From contig JAUCBJ010000137.1 of the NCBI GenBank assembly GCA_032718475.1, positions 38,805 to 102,804 on the forward strand: a stretch of 64,000 nt of DNA, given 5' to 3'. Of this stretch, positions 21,340-33,712 are shown one piece after another (positions within the stretch are counted from its first letter, which is position 1; the number at the start of each line of letters is the position of its first letter). A model generated the notes under the pieces. That model saw only the letters and a list, made by a program, of their open reading frames with translations, was not told the DNA's origin and made no database searches. Made by a program: the position numbers and the translations under genes. The stretch comes from Nemertoderma westbladi. Taxonomy: Eukaryota; Animalia; Xenacoelomorpha.

Positions 21340-24300
21340 CTAATTCTGTTTTGAGGCAGGAGACAAACTATAATCTCCCGTCTCGATACGTGTCTCCTCT
21401 AACAACACGATATCTTGGACCGGTCGGTCCAAGGTGTGTAAACCATTAGTTTTACACTTCTTTGGGTGCGGACACTTGCACCTAATTTTCACAGTGACTG
21501 TGCGCACTATGTTTTGCACGTCTGGGTGTATATGCAAGATCACTCCCGTCTCCCAATACTTTCTCTTGACAATAGGTTCGGTTATCAGTACGTAATCTCC
21601 CTTTTGGAGACTCCGAACCGTTTTGTACCACTTTGTTCTGGTGGATATGGTGGGAAGATAATATTCCCGCCAATATTCCCAGAATGTGTACGCCACAAAT
21701 TGTGTTACTTTCCAGCTTTTACGACTATATAGGTCGGCACTAATGGGTTCTGATGCCGGCACAAGAAATGCTGGACTCTGCATTAGCAAATGATTCGGCG
21801 TTAATGCAACACCGTCTGGCAACATAGCTATCGGCCTCGAGTTTAGGGTATGCTCGATTTCAATGAAAGCTGTGACCAGTTCGTCGTCGGTAAGTTGTTT
21901 GTTCACAGGCAATGTTTTGGCAATGGCCTGCTTTACAGAGCGAACTAAACGCTCCCAACTTCCTCCTCTCCAAGGACTTTCTGGAGTATTAAATCTCCAC
22001 TCTACTCGTTGCGGCAAAAGTGCTGCAGAAATTTCCTTATTCTGTGCCGCTTTATGAGCCGCGTTCAACTCGCATATTCCCCCCGACAAAGTTTGTACCC
22101 TTATCGGAGTAGAACGCCTTTACTAGTCCTCTCCTGGCCATAAATCTCTTTAAGGCCAGGAGCAGAGATTTGGTCGACATGTCTGCCACACGCTCAATAT
22201 GTATGGCTCTACTAGCCATGCATGTCAGTAGCAGACCCCATCGCTTGTGGGTCAGCCGTCCACTCTTTGCTTCAATCGGACCAAAACAGTCCACCCCTGG
22301 GTTCGTAAAGGGTGGGTCATATGCCTGCACTCTCGCTTCCGGGAGTTCAGCCATCTCCTGTTCCAATACTCTGGCGTTCACCCTCTTGCAAACCAGACAG
22401 GCGTCATACATAGTGCCTGCTGCCCTGCTTGGCTGCAATAGAATGAATCGCTGTCTCGCTGCCGACAAACAGTGTAACCTTCCCGCGTGATGCAACCTCT
22501 TATGTATATCCCATAAAATCGCTCTTTGCAATTCTATTGGGTGACTAGGGATTATCACTGGGAACCTAAACTGTGAGTTAATGTCGACAGTCTGGATTCT
22601 CGATCTATGACAAATCAAACCCTTATGGATTAATGGACTCCATTTTCTAAGGGGTTTATAGAGAACTGGTCGTTGAGCCGATAATAGATGGAATTATTTT
22701 GGGAAGGCACACATTTGATAATGTTTCAAATGCTTTAATTCCGCTTGATCAATCTCATCCTCTGTCAGAGGTTGTTTCAATTTTCGAATTCGCTCACTAT
22801 TAGTGCTCAATGGTTCTCTCAAATGTTCCGAATGTTTTATACAAAGGTACGAAACGTATCGGCTTAACCACGCAGTTCTTTTACAAATTGTCAGCCAAGA
22901 GGCAGACGAATTTAGTAATTTGTCATAAACACTGCATGACTCTAATGCCAGCGACGGTTGTCCGCTAACTAATGGAAGTTTCGAATCCAAACCCGCAGGT
23001 TTGGAAACCAAAGGCTCCATTGTGTCGGTCATTTTCTGTCCGTCACTTACCAATTGTGACTCCGATTTAGTCTGTAAGGGTGGTTTTATGTCATAACTTA
23101 CCCTTCCGGACCTAGTAGTCACGTAAGTCTGTTGGTCTGACAGGTCTCCGGGCCGCTCCAATGACTCTTCAGGCCGCTCCAATGACTCTTCAGGCCGCTC
23201 CAATGACTTAAGTTTGGCTTTAGACTTCGACTTAGAGACTTTCTCCACCTTAACTTCTGCATCTTCAGGCATCGGATTGGTCACTATCTTTAGTCGCTCT
23301 GGCCAATGTTCCTGTGTCCTCGTTAGAAAATCAGGTCCATGCAACCAAAACTCCTGCGACTCTTCCTGACAGAATTCCGCCGGCATTGCACCTCTCGAAG
23401 TTATGTCGGCCGGGTTCAACACTCCCGGACAATGTCTCCATTGTTCCTTCGTCGAAAAATCAACGATCTGAGCGCGTCTGTTGGCCACAAATGTCTTTAG
23501 TGCAATATTGTCAGCCGCAATGTATACTAACACCAAGGATGCATCCGTCCAATAGAATAAGGTCAATGTCGTGTCTAATTCCTCTGTTATTTGCTTACTT
23601 ACCTCGACCGAAACTACAGCCGCCTGTAACTCTGCATGAGGGACAGTCATGTATTTGACCGGCATTGTCTTTGATCTAGAAGTCACAAAAGCCGTCTCAA
23701 ATTTGTCCTGACTTACCTCTCGGCGAAGGTAGGCTACCATACCAAAGCCGGTGTCACTTGCGTCGCTAAATAGATGCAGTTCTAAATCAGCTGGGAATAC
23801 CAGCTGATTCGGAAAGTAGGAACGGGGTACATCTATATTTTTCAATAGATGCAACTCGGCTTCCCACTCCCTGCACTGCTTTGCATGTATAGGAGATATT
23901 GGTTCGTCCCACTCTAGGTCGGATAACCAAATTTTCCTCATGCACGCTCGTGCCTGTAATATAACCGGACTGATAAAGTTCATCGGGTCAAATAGTCTAC
24001 TCAAAGTTGATAAGCAAATTCTCTTTGTCAAAACTTTGTCTGGGCTACTGGGCTCAAATCTAACTCTTACCTGGAACTTATCTGAGTTCGGGTTCCAAGC
24101 GAGTCCCAGTACTCGCGCCATGGGAATTGGTTCTACCCCCAATTCTATGTCTCCGCTCCCGCGATCTTTCACCGGGAACGATTCTAATAGGGCCTCCGAG
24201 TTTGTAGTGAACTTGGTTAGAGGAAAACCCCCTGTAGCCAAGCACTCCTGTAGGCCGTGAGCCACTTCTATGGCTTGTTCCGCTGTGTCCTTGGACACCA

Positions 24301-27300
24301 ATCCGTCGTCCATATAGAAGTTTCTCAAGATGGACTCGATAACCTCTACTGGATACTTACCAATCTGGGCTGTTGCCGTTTTCTTTAAAACAAACAGCGT
24401 GCCATTTGGACTATCGCGGGCGCCAAATATCCTAACGTACATCTGATATGTAACCACTGGGCCGGATAAGTCTTCATTCTCAAACCAGAGAAATCGAAGG
24501 CTATCCTGGTCTGCCTTACAGGCTCTTACCTGGTGGAACATCGCCTCGATGTCACAAGTAAATGCGAATCGCCGCTGTCTAAAACGCAACAGTATTCCAA
24601 TCAAATAATTATTCAGGTTGGGACCATCCATCAACTCTGAATTCAGGGACATACCTCTATAGACTGCTGCGCAGTCGTTGACTACTCGGACTTTGTCTGG
24701 CTTGTCAGGGTGAGTCACATAGTGGTGTGGAAGGTAATAAGTCTGGTCTGTCACTAAGTCAGGGTCCTCTACCTTCCCAGCAAATCCCTTGGCGAAATAG
24801 TTGTTGATCTGGGCGCAATACTTCTCCCTAATGTCCGGATTCTTCAACAACCGAGCCCTTACTCCGTTTAATCTTTTCAAGGCTAAGTTGTAGTTGTTCT
24901 CCAGCTTAGGTGGTTGTCGACGCCACAACATTCCAGCTTCAAAATGTCCAGTCGGTAGCAGACGTATGGTGTCTTCCATCATCTCCAACGACCGTTTCTC
25001 ATCAGTAGACATGGCTAGGTCATATCCACCGGGTTCCATTGCGTCCCTATCCAGCCATTCGACGGTTCTGGCTCCTGTCTCGAGGTCCTGGTGTATCAAT
25101 TCCTTCTGTAATTCCTCCTCACTGTATTGGAAAATGTCTAGGTCTCGATATTTAGCCACTTGACCCTCCACTATGTCTGTATAAGTCAAAACGTTAGTCA
25201 GATAAGTAGCGTGGGCCGCTAAACCAGACCCACGGGTCTGATAACAGTAGTGCTCGGGTTCACTATCTGTCTGGTCGTTGTGAAGTGGTTCCGACAACCT
25301 AACATTATCGGGAATCAACTCCTCGTCCGACTCGCTAAAGTCACTATAGTGGTCAATACAGGTTCTCCTAAACTCGTCTAAGTCTGGTGGTTCTACTAAC
25401 GGTGGTTGAATTATAGGCTGTAATTCGTCGTATCTGTCTATTGGCTTGTCGCCACCTGTAAACTCATAAGACATGGGTACTCTTGTATACCAACCTAGTA
25501 TGGTCCTATGGGCATGCGGTCCATTGACATGCGGCTCAGCTGGTCTCGTTTCCCATATCTGGTGTGCGATCAGCTGTTCTGCACCAATCAACATAGAAAC
25601 ATTCCTATAACCTACCTGGTGTCTCGGTATCCTGAGCTTGTCAAAATACTCCTGTGCTATGGGACTCATCGGCGGCACCTTACCTAACTGCCTGCCGAAT
25701 CCCTTCATAGCTAGACACTTAAATCCGTCCAATGGCAAAGCTTTCCGTTCTTGTCGAGTATGTTGGTCTCTCGGAAGTAGGGAATCTAGTTCCACTGAAA
25801 TTCTGTGTCCCTTGAGGTCTCCTACCCCATGCATAGACTTCAACTCTATTTGGATCTCCTCTGCGTCCTGGAAGCTAGAAATGGCTCTCGCCACTTCCTC
25901 GTCGATATAAGATAATGTGGACGCAGTGTCCAACATCACATATATTCGCTTCGATCCCTTATCGCCAGTAAGTTTCACCGGAATCACGCTAAATATTTCC
26001 GACGTGGCCAATGATAAATACGTCCGCGCGCTGGTCGATGAACTATCCGCGGTGAAACCTTGGCAGGTCACTTCTCTTGCGCTCGACTCGCCATCCTCAT
26101 CCGACGAACCTGGTTGGTAACCATCGTCCTGGATGCCGGTGTACGTATTTCTCCTTATCGATACGGGTTCTTTGCTCCCCTTCCTGTGAGGATTTCGCTG
26201 TAAGTAACGGTCCGTCGGGGTGTGGAAATCCGCATGTAGCAACTTGTGATGTAGTCTGCCGCATTCCATGCATCCGTCATTGCTGTTCGGGCACTGCCGC
26301 CGTACATGGCCTGGCGCAAGACATGCCCAACAGGTGTCCAACGTCCGCACTTGAACTCTTCTCTGTTGCGAATTTAATTCTTTGAACCGTCTGCAACTAT
26401 CTAACTTATGATCGTCAGATCTTACCTCCTTTAGTAAACAGTATTGGCAACCTACAAATCCATCCGGCAACTCCTGTTGCTTTAACCTAGGTCTATCTAA
26501 CCGCTCACCTGACCATACTCGCGAGTCTGATCTAAAGGCTGGGGTACTCGAATTATATCTGTCTACTGAGTTATAAGTCACAGTGGTCCTGTCATTGTCA
26601 AAACTTACCATAGACTTACCGGTAACAGGTTTAGACTCCCTCATATTCTCCTCTGAGAAGTTTGATTTCATCTCTGCTACTGCGTCTGTGGCTATCATGT
26701 CATGAATGTGCTGAAGTGTCAACACCTTACCTTGACCCTCCAACTTATTCTCTAATTTGCGCCATTTCTGTCGATAACGCATGTTTAAACGTCTTATTAC
26801 ACTCTTCAAAACTTCGGCGTGATCACCATGATAGAGGTAGATTCACCGTCCTCAAGATGTCCAATGCGTTCGAAATAGCGTTCGCTAAGTTCAACAGCTC
26901 TAACGGAGTTGTAATCCTTCCGCCCTTACCCAAGTCTTCCACTATCGACTGCGCCATCTTGGTTTTATTCCCGTAGATGTCACTAAGCGTCTTCATTGCC
27001 AACTCAAATGCCCTTTCATTGCCGACGAAGTTATCAGCAATGGCTCTAGGTTCTCGATGGAGCATCTGAAGCAAATAGTTGAACTTCTCGTTGGGAGTAA
27101 AGGTGCTGTTGGTTAGCTGCTCGTCGACATAGGTTTTAAAGGTCCTCCAGTGCTTATGGTTGCCCATAAACTTCTGGGGTTGTTGCGTCGGCAGTCCTTG
27201 CCTAGCAGCAAACTTACCTATGTCCCTAAGGGTTGCGTCGTTCCGGGTTAACAAATGGTTTAGTTCCGCAGGGTTGTTAAGTCTGGTCCTTTCCCGGGGA

Positions 27301-29643
27301 TTGAAACTTACCTGCTCCGCGTCCGTCCTTCTTTCCTTATAGTTTCGGGACTTCTGACGTCTCATGTCTTCCTCTTCATCACTTGACTCGGTGTCAGTCC
27401 TTAGCGCTCGCGATGGTTTGCGCGCCGAGGCCCTGACCCAAGCATCTTGTATAATTTTCTCAGCCGAATTTTCGAAATTGGGATTATGAATATTCGGGAC
27501 AGGCGTCCTTACCTGAGGTCTATGTGGTATAGTCTCCTCCGATATGCGTACTCGTTGACTAGGCTGGACTTTATCTAACTCAGGCCTGCTAGGATTTGAA
27601 TTACTTCTTACCTGGGCTGCTTCCTTTAACCGTAGGTTGCTAAGCATGTCCATTATAGGTTGGATGTGCGGCGATATAGCTTGCGCTAAACTAGCACTTA
27701 ACTCATCCCTCGTAATAAATTCCTGGCTAGGGTTCTGTTGTATAGTCGGCTCTATCTGAGTAATCCGCTGTCTCTCATATGATCGCTCTTCCGGTTTAAC
27801 CCGGAAGTTCTCCGTCGAACTGGGTCGGCGCTCCGTCCGCGTATTCCAAACCCGCGGGTTTGGTTCGCCAAGTACCGTCGGAGTTTCTCTAAACTCTTCA
27901 TCGTCGTGTTCGGTGTGTAGTGGTGCGGTGTTCTGATGCCGTGGATTCTGCGCGATAGGTGAAGCACTAATACCAACTGGCGTGCGATATGTAGAGAACG
28001 GTTTAGCGATCCGTGTACTCGTAATAGCTGGACCGGGTATAGGAATTCTGGTCGTCGTCGTCTCGCGTATGGTCGGAGTTCTCGCTTCCTGTTCGGCCTT
28101 CTGCAGTGCGAACAGTTCTCGCAACTCGGTCCCTACACTCGCCCCACATTCTTCGATCATTCGCATCCCCTTCTCGGCGATTTCATTCGCCTTCCTGGTC
28201 CGTTCTTCGCTCTCTAAATTTAATCTCGCACTTTCTAACTGCGCCAGTTTACGTTCTTCTTCTTCCCTCGCTCGTCTCGCTGCGCTCTCTTCTTCCACAC
28301 GCGCCTTTTCTTCATACAATGCGCGTCTTCTTTTTTCGATCTCGAGTTCGCGTTCCTTGCGTTCGCGTTCGAGTTGAAGCTCGCGTTCCTTCTGTTCACG
28401 TTCGAGTTTCTTGCGCTCGCGTTCGAGTTGAAGTTCGCGTTCGAGTTGAAGTTCGCGTTCTCTCTGTTCGCGTTCGAGTTCCTTGCGCTCGCGCTCGGCT
28501 TGAAGCTCGCGTTCCTTTTGCTCGCGTTCCGCTCGTTCGCGCTTACTTATGTCCTCCAACTCTCGTAGCTCTGCGTCCAACTTACGTGTGCGCTTCCGCC
28601 TGTTGTTCGTCCAGTCGGCGTCTTCTCTCCTCCGCCAAGTTGTGAGAAACAAGGGATCTGGCACATATAACTTTCCCTCGCGCGTGACTAACCTGGGAAT
28701 CGCCACTGTCTCTAGATGCATCGTCGGGTGGAGTTAACGTTCTCTGTTGGATATTCTCCGTCGTCGGTAGCACCTGGCCTGGTACCACCACTCCATTCTG
28801 CATCAGCCAGCTAGTAACTTCCCTCTGATAACGGCGCTCTTCTTTATCTTGGATCTCTTCCCGCTCCACTAAGTCTCTCAACTCTGCGTCACTCACCTGA
28901 GTCGCCTGCGCTTGTGATGCCCATAGCAGCCAGTTCTCCGTCCTTACTCGTCGGAATCGCTCCGATAACTCGCGGTGCTCCAACAAGGCTGCTAAAACCC
29001 TGTCGTAAATCCTCATCGCCACGTCGCTCGACTGAGACTCTACTGCCTTCTTCGCTAGGACTGCAAGCTCCTCCGTCTGCTTGAATAACGCTGAGTTGTA
29101 TCCTCTTCTAATCTCTACTAACTCTACCCTCCCGATGTTGGCTGAGTCAGCTAACATCTTCCTTACCTTGTCCGTCGTCCGAGTTATATGTCCGGCATGT
29201 GCGCGAAGTTTCTTCTTTATCGCGATATCAAGTTCTCTCTCGCTTACCTGACTCACACTCGGTGGACTTGAAGGATTATTTCGGGAACTACGGGTACTCC
29301 TAACAGCCGTCGGGACCACGGCACTTACCATACCCACAGGTCTGGAAACCGGGCTCCGGGCTCTCGCTTCTGCTACACTACTCTCCCTATCACTCACCTC
29401 TGTCCGGGCTGCTGTGCGGTCCTTCCTTACAGTAGCGGTAGGGGATCCTAATACTATTATCTCTGGTTGTTGTTCTTCCTCACTAGTCACTGTCTCATCC
29501 TCCTGTTCACTTACGTCAGCGTCGCTCGCTGCGTCGTCATAGTCGGCATTGTCGTCAACAGTTATGTTTACGCTATCGTCAGTCGGTGGTCCAGCCGCCG
29601 TCTCGTAGCTGTCCTCTAGTGCCTCTTTGTCTGAGACACTCAT
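21340..29643 (-). pseudogene. gag-pol: Element B gag-pol, disrupted by frameshifts (~28590, ~26840, ~22080) and an in-frame TAA (22694-22696)
   Basis: E/R-rich coiled coil, KFMGNHKHWRTF, three Cys/His knuckles, MLDTAS protease, FYMDD RT, LFSDAS RNase H, GVDCFGP / SDKGTNF / GSWERLV integrase. Confidence 0.95.
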
Positions 29644-30489
29644 AGTCTAAATAATGTTTGCCTTCCGGCAAAATATCTCGCAAAAGTTCGAGATATAATT
29701 ATAATTTAACCGAAATATGGTCAAATTATTTGTCTAATAATCAGTTGGTCCAAAATGTCAAATAAATTCGCAATGCAATATTGTGAATTTAATGGGGTAT
29801 AGTTATAGCAAATACTAGCACAATATTTAAACAAAATATTATTATATAGCTACTATATAGTATTAAATACCGGTATGACACAAAATAACTTTGAATCTAA
29901 TACAAAATATTCAAAATAAACTTGCCACCCGAATATTTCTAATTTTATATATATAGCTCTAATCAACGTAATTTTAATTTCAAATATTATATGTATCCAC
30001 TAGCGCGTGGCTACATCTTCGGGTTGCGACTCTCTCTAACTCTCTCTCTAACTTGAGCGATTCAAAAAACCATGGCCGGCTAAACCTAAATATCCTAACT
30101 AATAAATTGAGTTCAGCTTCGCAGTTAAACAACCGATAATTTTTACTGCTTCCACAAACACAATGGTGCCAACAGAACAACTAACCTTGTTTGCTGTGAG
30201 ATTCCACGTCCGCATCCAAAGATTCAGGCCCTTCGCTGATTGCAAACCGAACCCGCAGATCCACACGAACCCCAAACTCAGAAGTATCTCCAGATGGTAT
30301 AAAATAACTAAGCGGTTACCTAACATACCGGTACAATACTCTAGAATTTTACAAATAATTTTGACCGAAACTGAATTCTCGCAAACCTAGCTAAAATTTT
30401 CAAAACTTACTAATTACAGTTTGCCCTAAGGCCTAAGGAACTGCTGTATTCGCAATTAGTAAAAACGCACTACCGTACATCCACTGTAT

Positions 30490-30827
30490 GCAGCACAGTA
30501 AGTAAAACAGTACACCAACCTAACAGCCTAAAGAATACTGTATGTGGTACAGCAAAACAAATGTCCTTTCTACCGTACGCAGTAACAGCAATCAGCCTAA
30601 TGTACTGCTGTACTATTGTACGCAACCAGTGAATACAGTAATCTAAACTAACAGCCTAAGAAAGAATACACTCAATGTCCTACTGTACGCGGTAGGCCTA
30701 CAGCAGACAAGAAACGTGCTTTACTGTTGAAGTAACAGTAAATAATACAGTAATCTAATTTAACAGCCTAAAAGAATATACTCTCTGTCTTACTGTACGC
30801 AGTACAGCAAAACAAAACGTGCTTTAC
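30490..30827 (-). repeat. Degenerate tandem repeats in the 5' UTR of B, including a second copy of the LTR-end/PBS motif
   Basis: AACAGCCTAA-containing units; AAACGTGCTTTACTGTT occurs at 30712-30728 and 30815-30831. Confidence 0.8.
30818..30827 (-). promoter_or_regulatory. Non-canonical primer-binding position of B (sense GTAAAGCACG), complementary to an LTR-internal sequence
   Basis: Abuts the 5' LTR; no TGG; the complement lies inside the LTRs at 31773-31782 and 17255-17264. Confidence 0.55.
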
Positions 30828-32843
30828 TGTTAAACAAACTACCCCGGCCTAACCAATAAAGACACAAAACTGCTCTATTTATTAGACAGGCAATCAGGAG
30901 CGTATTATTGCTAATGTGAGGGGCTGCTAAATACAAAACCGCTACTTACCATTAGATGGCGCTAACCTGCCGTCCGCTAATATGTTTTACTAATTTTCTA
31001 CGGCTCCTGCTAATTTCTTGTTCCTTTCTCTACCAATTACTCGATAGAGAGCTAACTGTTCGAATATATGAGCCACGCGGGAATAACCAAAACAACAAAC
31101 CCGAATCGGCTCCCTAAGCTGACTTAAAACGAGTGTGAGAGGTTTTACACTCAGAGTATATTCTTACGCCTAATCTTACTGTTAAAGTACGCCAATGCCT
31201 ACGTCTTTTCTAATCGCGAATACTGGGGGTTCCCTAACGGAATGTGTGAATGCGAGAATATTTAAAATAATCAAAGTGGTACAGTGTTTATTAGGGCTAA
31301 TACCTATAGTGGGACTAAACTTGTCTGCGGCTGGCTTTAGGCCAGCAAATTACTAATGCGTTTTGCGTACTGAATACTGCTATCTAGCTTATTGCCCGCT
31401 AATTCAAATAACCGCCCAGCGTGAATAGTTTACGGTACTCTAATTATTACCTTAGCTACTCTCCGCTATGCTGCGTACTAATTCTTAATTTTACTAATTA
31501 ATTACAGTCACAAATATGTAACAGCCTAAAATACTGTATTACTTTGACCTAATCAGTAATTATTTACAGTAAACTAAGAGATAGAAATCAATCAAAGGGA
31601 AAAGAGCGCCTATCTAAGCATTCGTAATCTTAGGCACACTTTAGTAACACACCAATCAGCGTCTGCAATCACAGCTCGCAATGCGCGATTCGCAATTGTA
31701 CAATCCGCAATGCACGCAATTCGCAATTACACAGCACAATATAATAATTCGCAATACATGCAATTCGTAATTGTAAAGCACGCAGACCTCTCCCGGGTAC
31801 ATCTAGGCTTCCTAACTAACCCAATTCCTGCCCCCTAACGCTACAAATTGAGACAAAATCTGGATCATCAGCCCCCTAATTACTGTACCAGCGAGCTGCC
31901 CCCACGATACAATGCAAATTGCCCGACCGCAACGGTGACCCCCCGCCAGCGTTGCTCGCCTTTGAATCCTCCGCTCCCTTCGTCGCTAACCCCCCGATGT
32001 GCCCACCGCCTACTGGCACCTTAGCCCTCCATTATGCTAATAGCTACCGTAGCGGCGCAGGCAAATCACAAAGTCTGACAGTCTAAAGAAATCCCGTGGG
32101 ATTATTGCGTAGAAAGGAATCACATAGAACCATTAACAAAAGGTAGAAATCATAGTTCCGGTTGTAATTAGCAGTAATCGATAGGATTAATTGAGAAACA
32201 CAATCAAGAATAATCGCACTAGCAAATCATTTTAAGAAATTAATCGAAAATAGCAAATTGCAGAAATACGCTAAAATATCCGTCAAAAAGGTGAATAGGG
32301 ACAGTTCAGCAAGTACAGGGGTGATAGCATGAGCTCTACCGGCAAGCCGCCAATTTATAGGTGATCTGAATGGGGTGATGCAATAGGGTGACTCAATCGC
32401 TCTCCTATTGGCTCTCCAGTCCGCGCTAGCATTAGACCAAGCTGGAAGCAGTTAGTCCAATAAGGAGGCCGGATTGTAGCCCTATTGCTGCCCAAACCTC
32501 AAATTATTACCATATATGGTAATGGATCATGTCCCTGGCTGCAGAATGGCCAGGACAGCGTCCCTATATGCTAGCCCTATTGATGCTAATATCAGCAAGC
32601 ACAAAATCCAGGGTCCGACTAAACTTGCTACCCTGGAACTATCTACATATATCCTAATACAAAATTACGTAGGTAGGGCTACATATTATACAAAATGGAT
32701 GGATTCAAATATATGGGCGTTTTGGTTTCCTTATCTAAATGTCACCACACTGTGCCTTATCTAAATAATTATACTGCACAATAACAAACATATTATACTG
32801 TATGATGGCTAATAATGTGGATACAGCGCCATATACCGTAACA
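30828..32843 (-). repeat. 5' LTR of element B (2016 bp)
   Basis: Direct repeat of 16309-18325; sense-strand TATAAA at ~32354-32359 and CCAAT at ~32408-32412. Confidence 0.97.
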
Positions 32844-32848
32844 TCTTA

Positions 32849-33712
32849 AGTTTACGCCGACAGATCGCTCGCTTCGGGACGAGTAATACCATGAGATCGG
32901 ATAAGGGAACGAACTTCATTGGTGCCAACAACGAAATCCAGGCTTACGTGAAGGACTGGAACCAAAGACAGGTGGACGATCAGCTAAGGATAACAGCGTC
33001 TAGCTGGACCTTCAACGCCGCCGACGCCCCTTGGTGGGGAGGAAGTTGGGAGAGATTAATTAGAAGTGTCAAGACCGCATTTCACTTTATAGTGCCATGC
33101 CGCGCGTATCTCACCGACGAACTTTTGCGGACATTAATGGAGGAAATAGCTGCCTATCTCAACGAGAGACCGCTTATGCCAGTCTCATCGAGTCCCGATT
33201 CCCTGGAAGCGCTAACACCCGCACACTTCCTACTGAAGAAACATGTAGCCATGCTCCCACGATCGGAGATTGCCGACGGAGACGAATACTGCCGTCGAAC
33301 TTGGCAACTTATGCAGTTGCTATCCCTTCGTTTCGCTGACCATTTCGAGAAACATTATCTGCCCACGCTACAACTTCGAACTAAGTGGTTTGCGCAGCAA
33401 GAAAACGTCAGCGCCGGAGATATGGTGCTTATTGTAGATTCAGACCTTCCACGTAAACGGTGGCAGACAGGTCGTATCATCGAGACTCACATCTCGGATG
33501 ATGGTTTAGTACGCTCGGTAGAACTCGTCGTCATGCGGCGTAACTTCAAGAAGCCAGGTATAATCTTTGAGACGCAACAACTCAACCGCCCAGTTGGTCG
33601 TTTATGTTTACTGGAAAGAGACAGAGAACTCACCGGAAACTATGGAAGGCAAGACACTCTTCCCACGACCACCTCCCTAATTCCTCAAACATCTAGGGAC
33701 TCCCCAACGTGA
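32849..33712 (+). pseudogene. pol: C-terminal part of element A integrase
   Basis: RSDKGTNFIGA, APWWGGSWERLIRSVK, LNERPL, LTPAHFL, GDMVLI, DGLVRSV, RPVGRLCLL. Confidence 0.95.

Larger units (their letters stand above)
16309..32843 (-). mobile_element. BEL/Pao LTR retrotransposon B (16.5 kb, full length, defective), nested antisense in A's integrase
   Basis: LTRs TGTTA...TAACA at 16309-18325 and 30828-32843; TSD TCTTA at 16304-16308 and 32844-32848; removing B restores A's frame (NSFVL-SLRRQIARFG...RSDKGTNF). Confidence 0.97.

Noticed and set aside
9926-28737. Many antisense or overlapping ORFs within the gag-pol regions
   Set aside because: Shadow frames of long coding sequences with no independent motifs.
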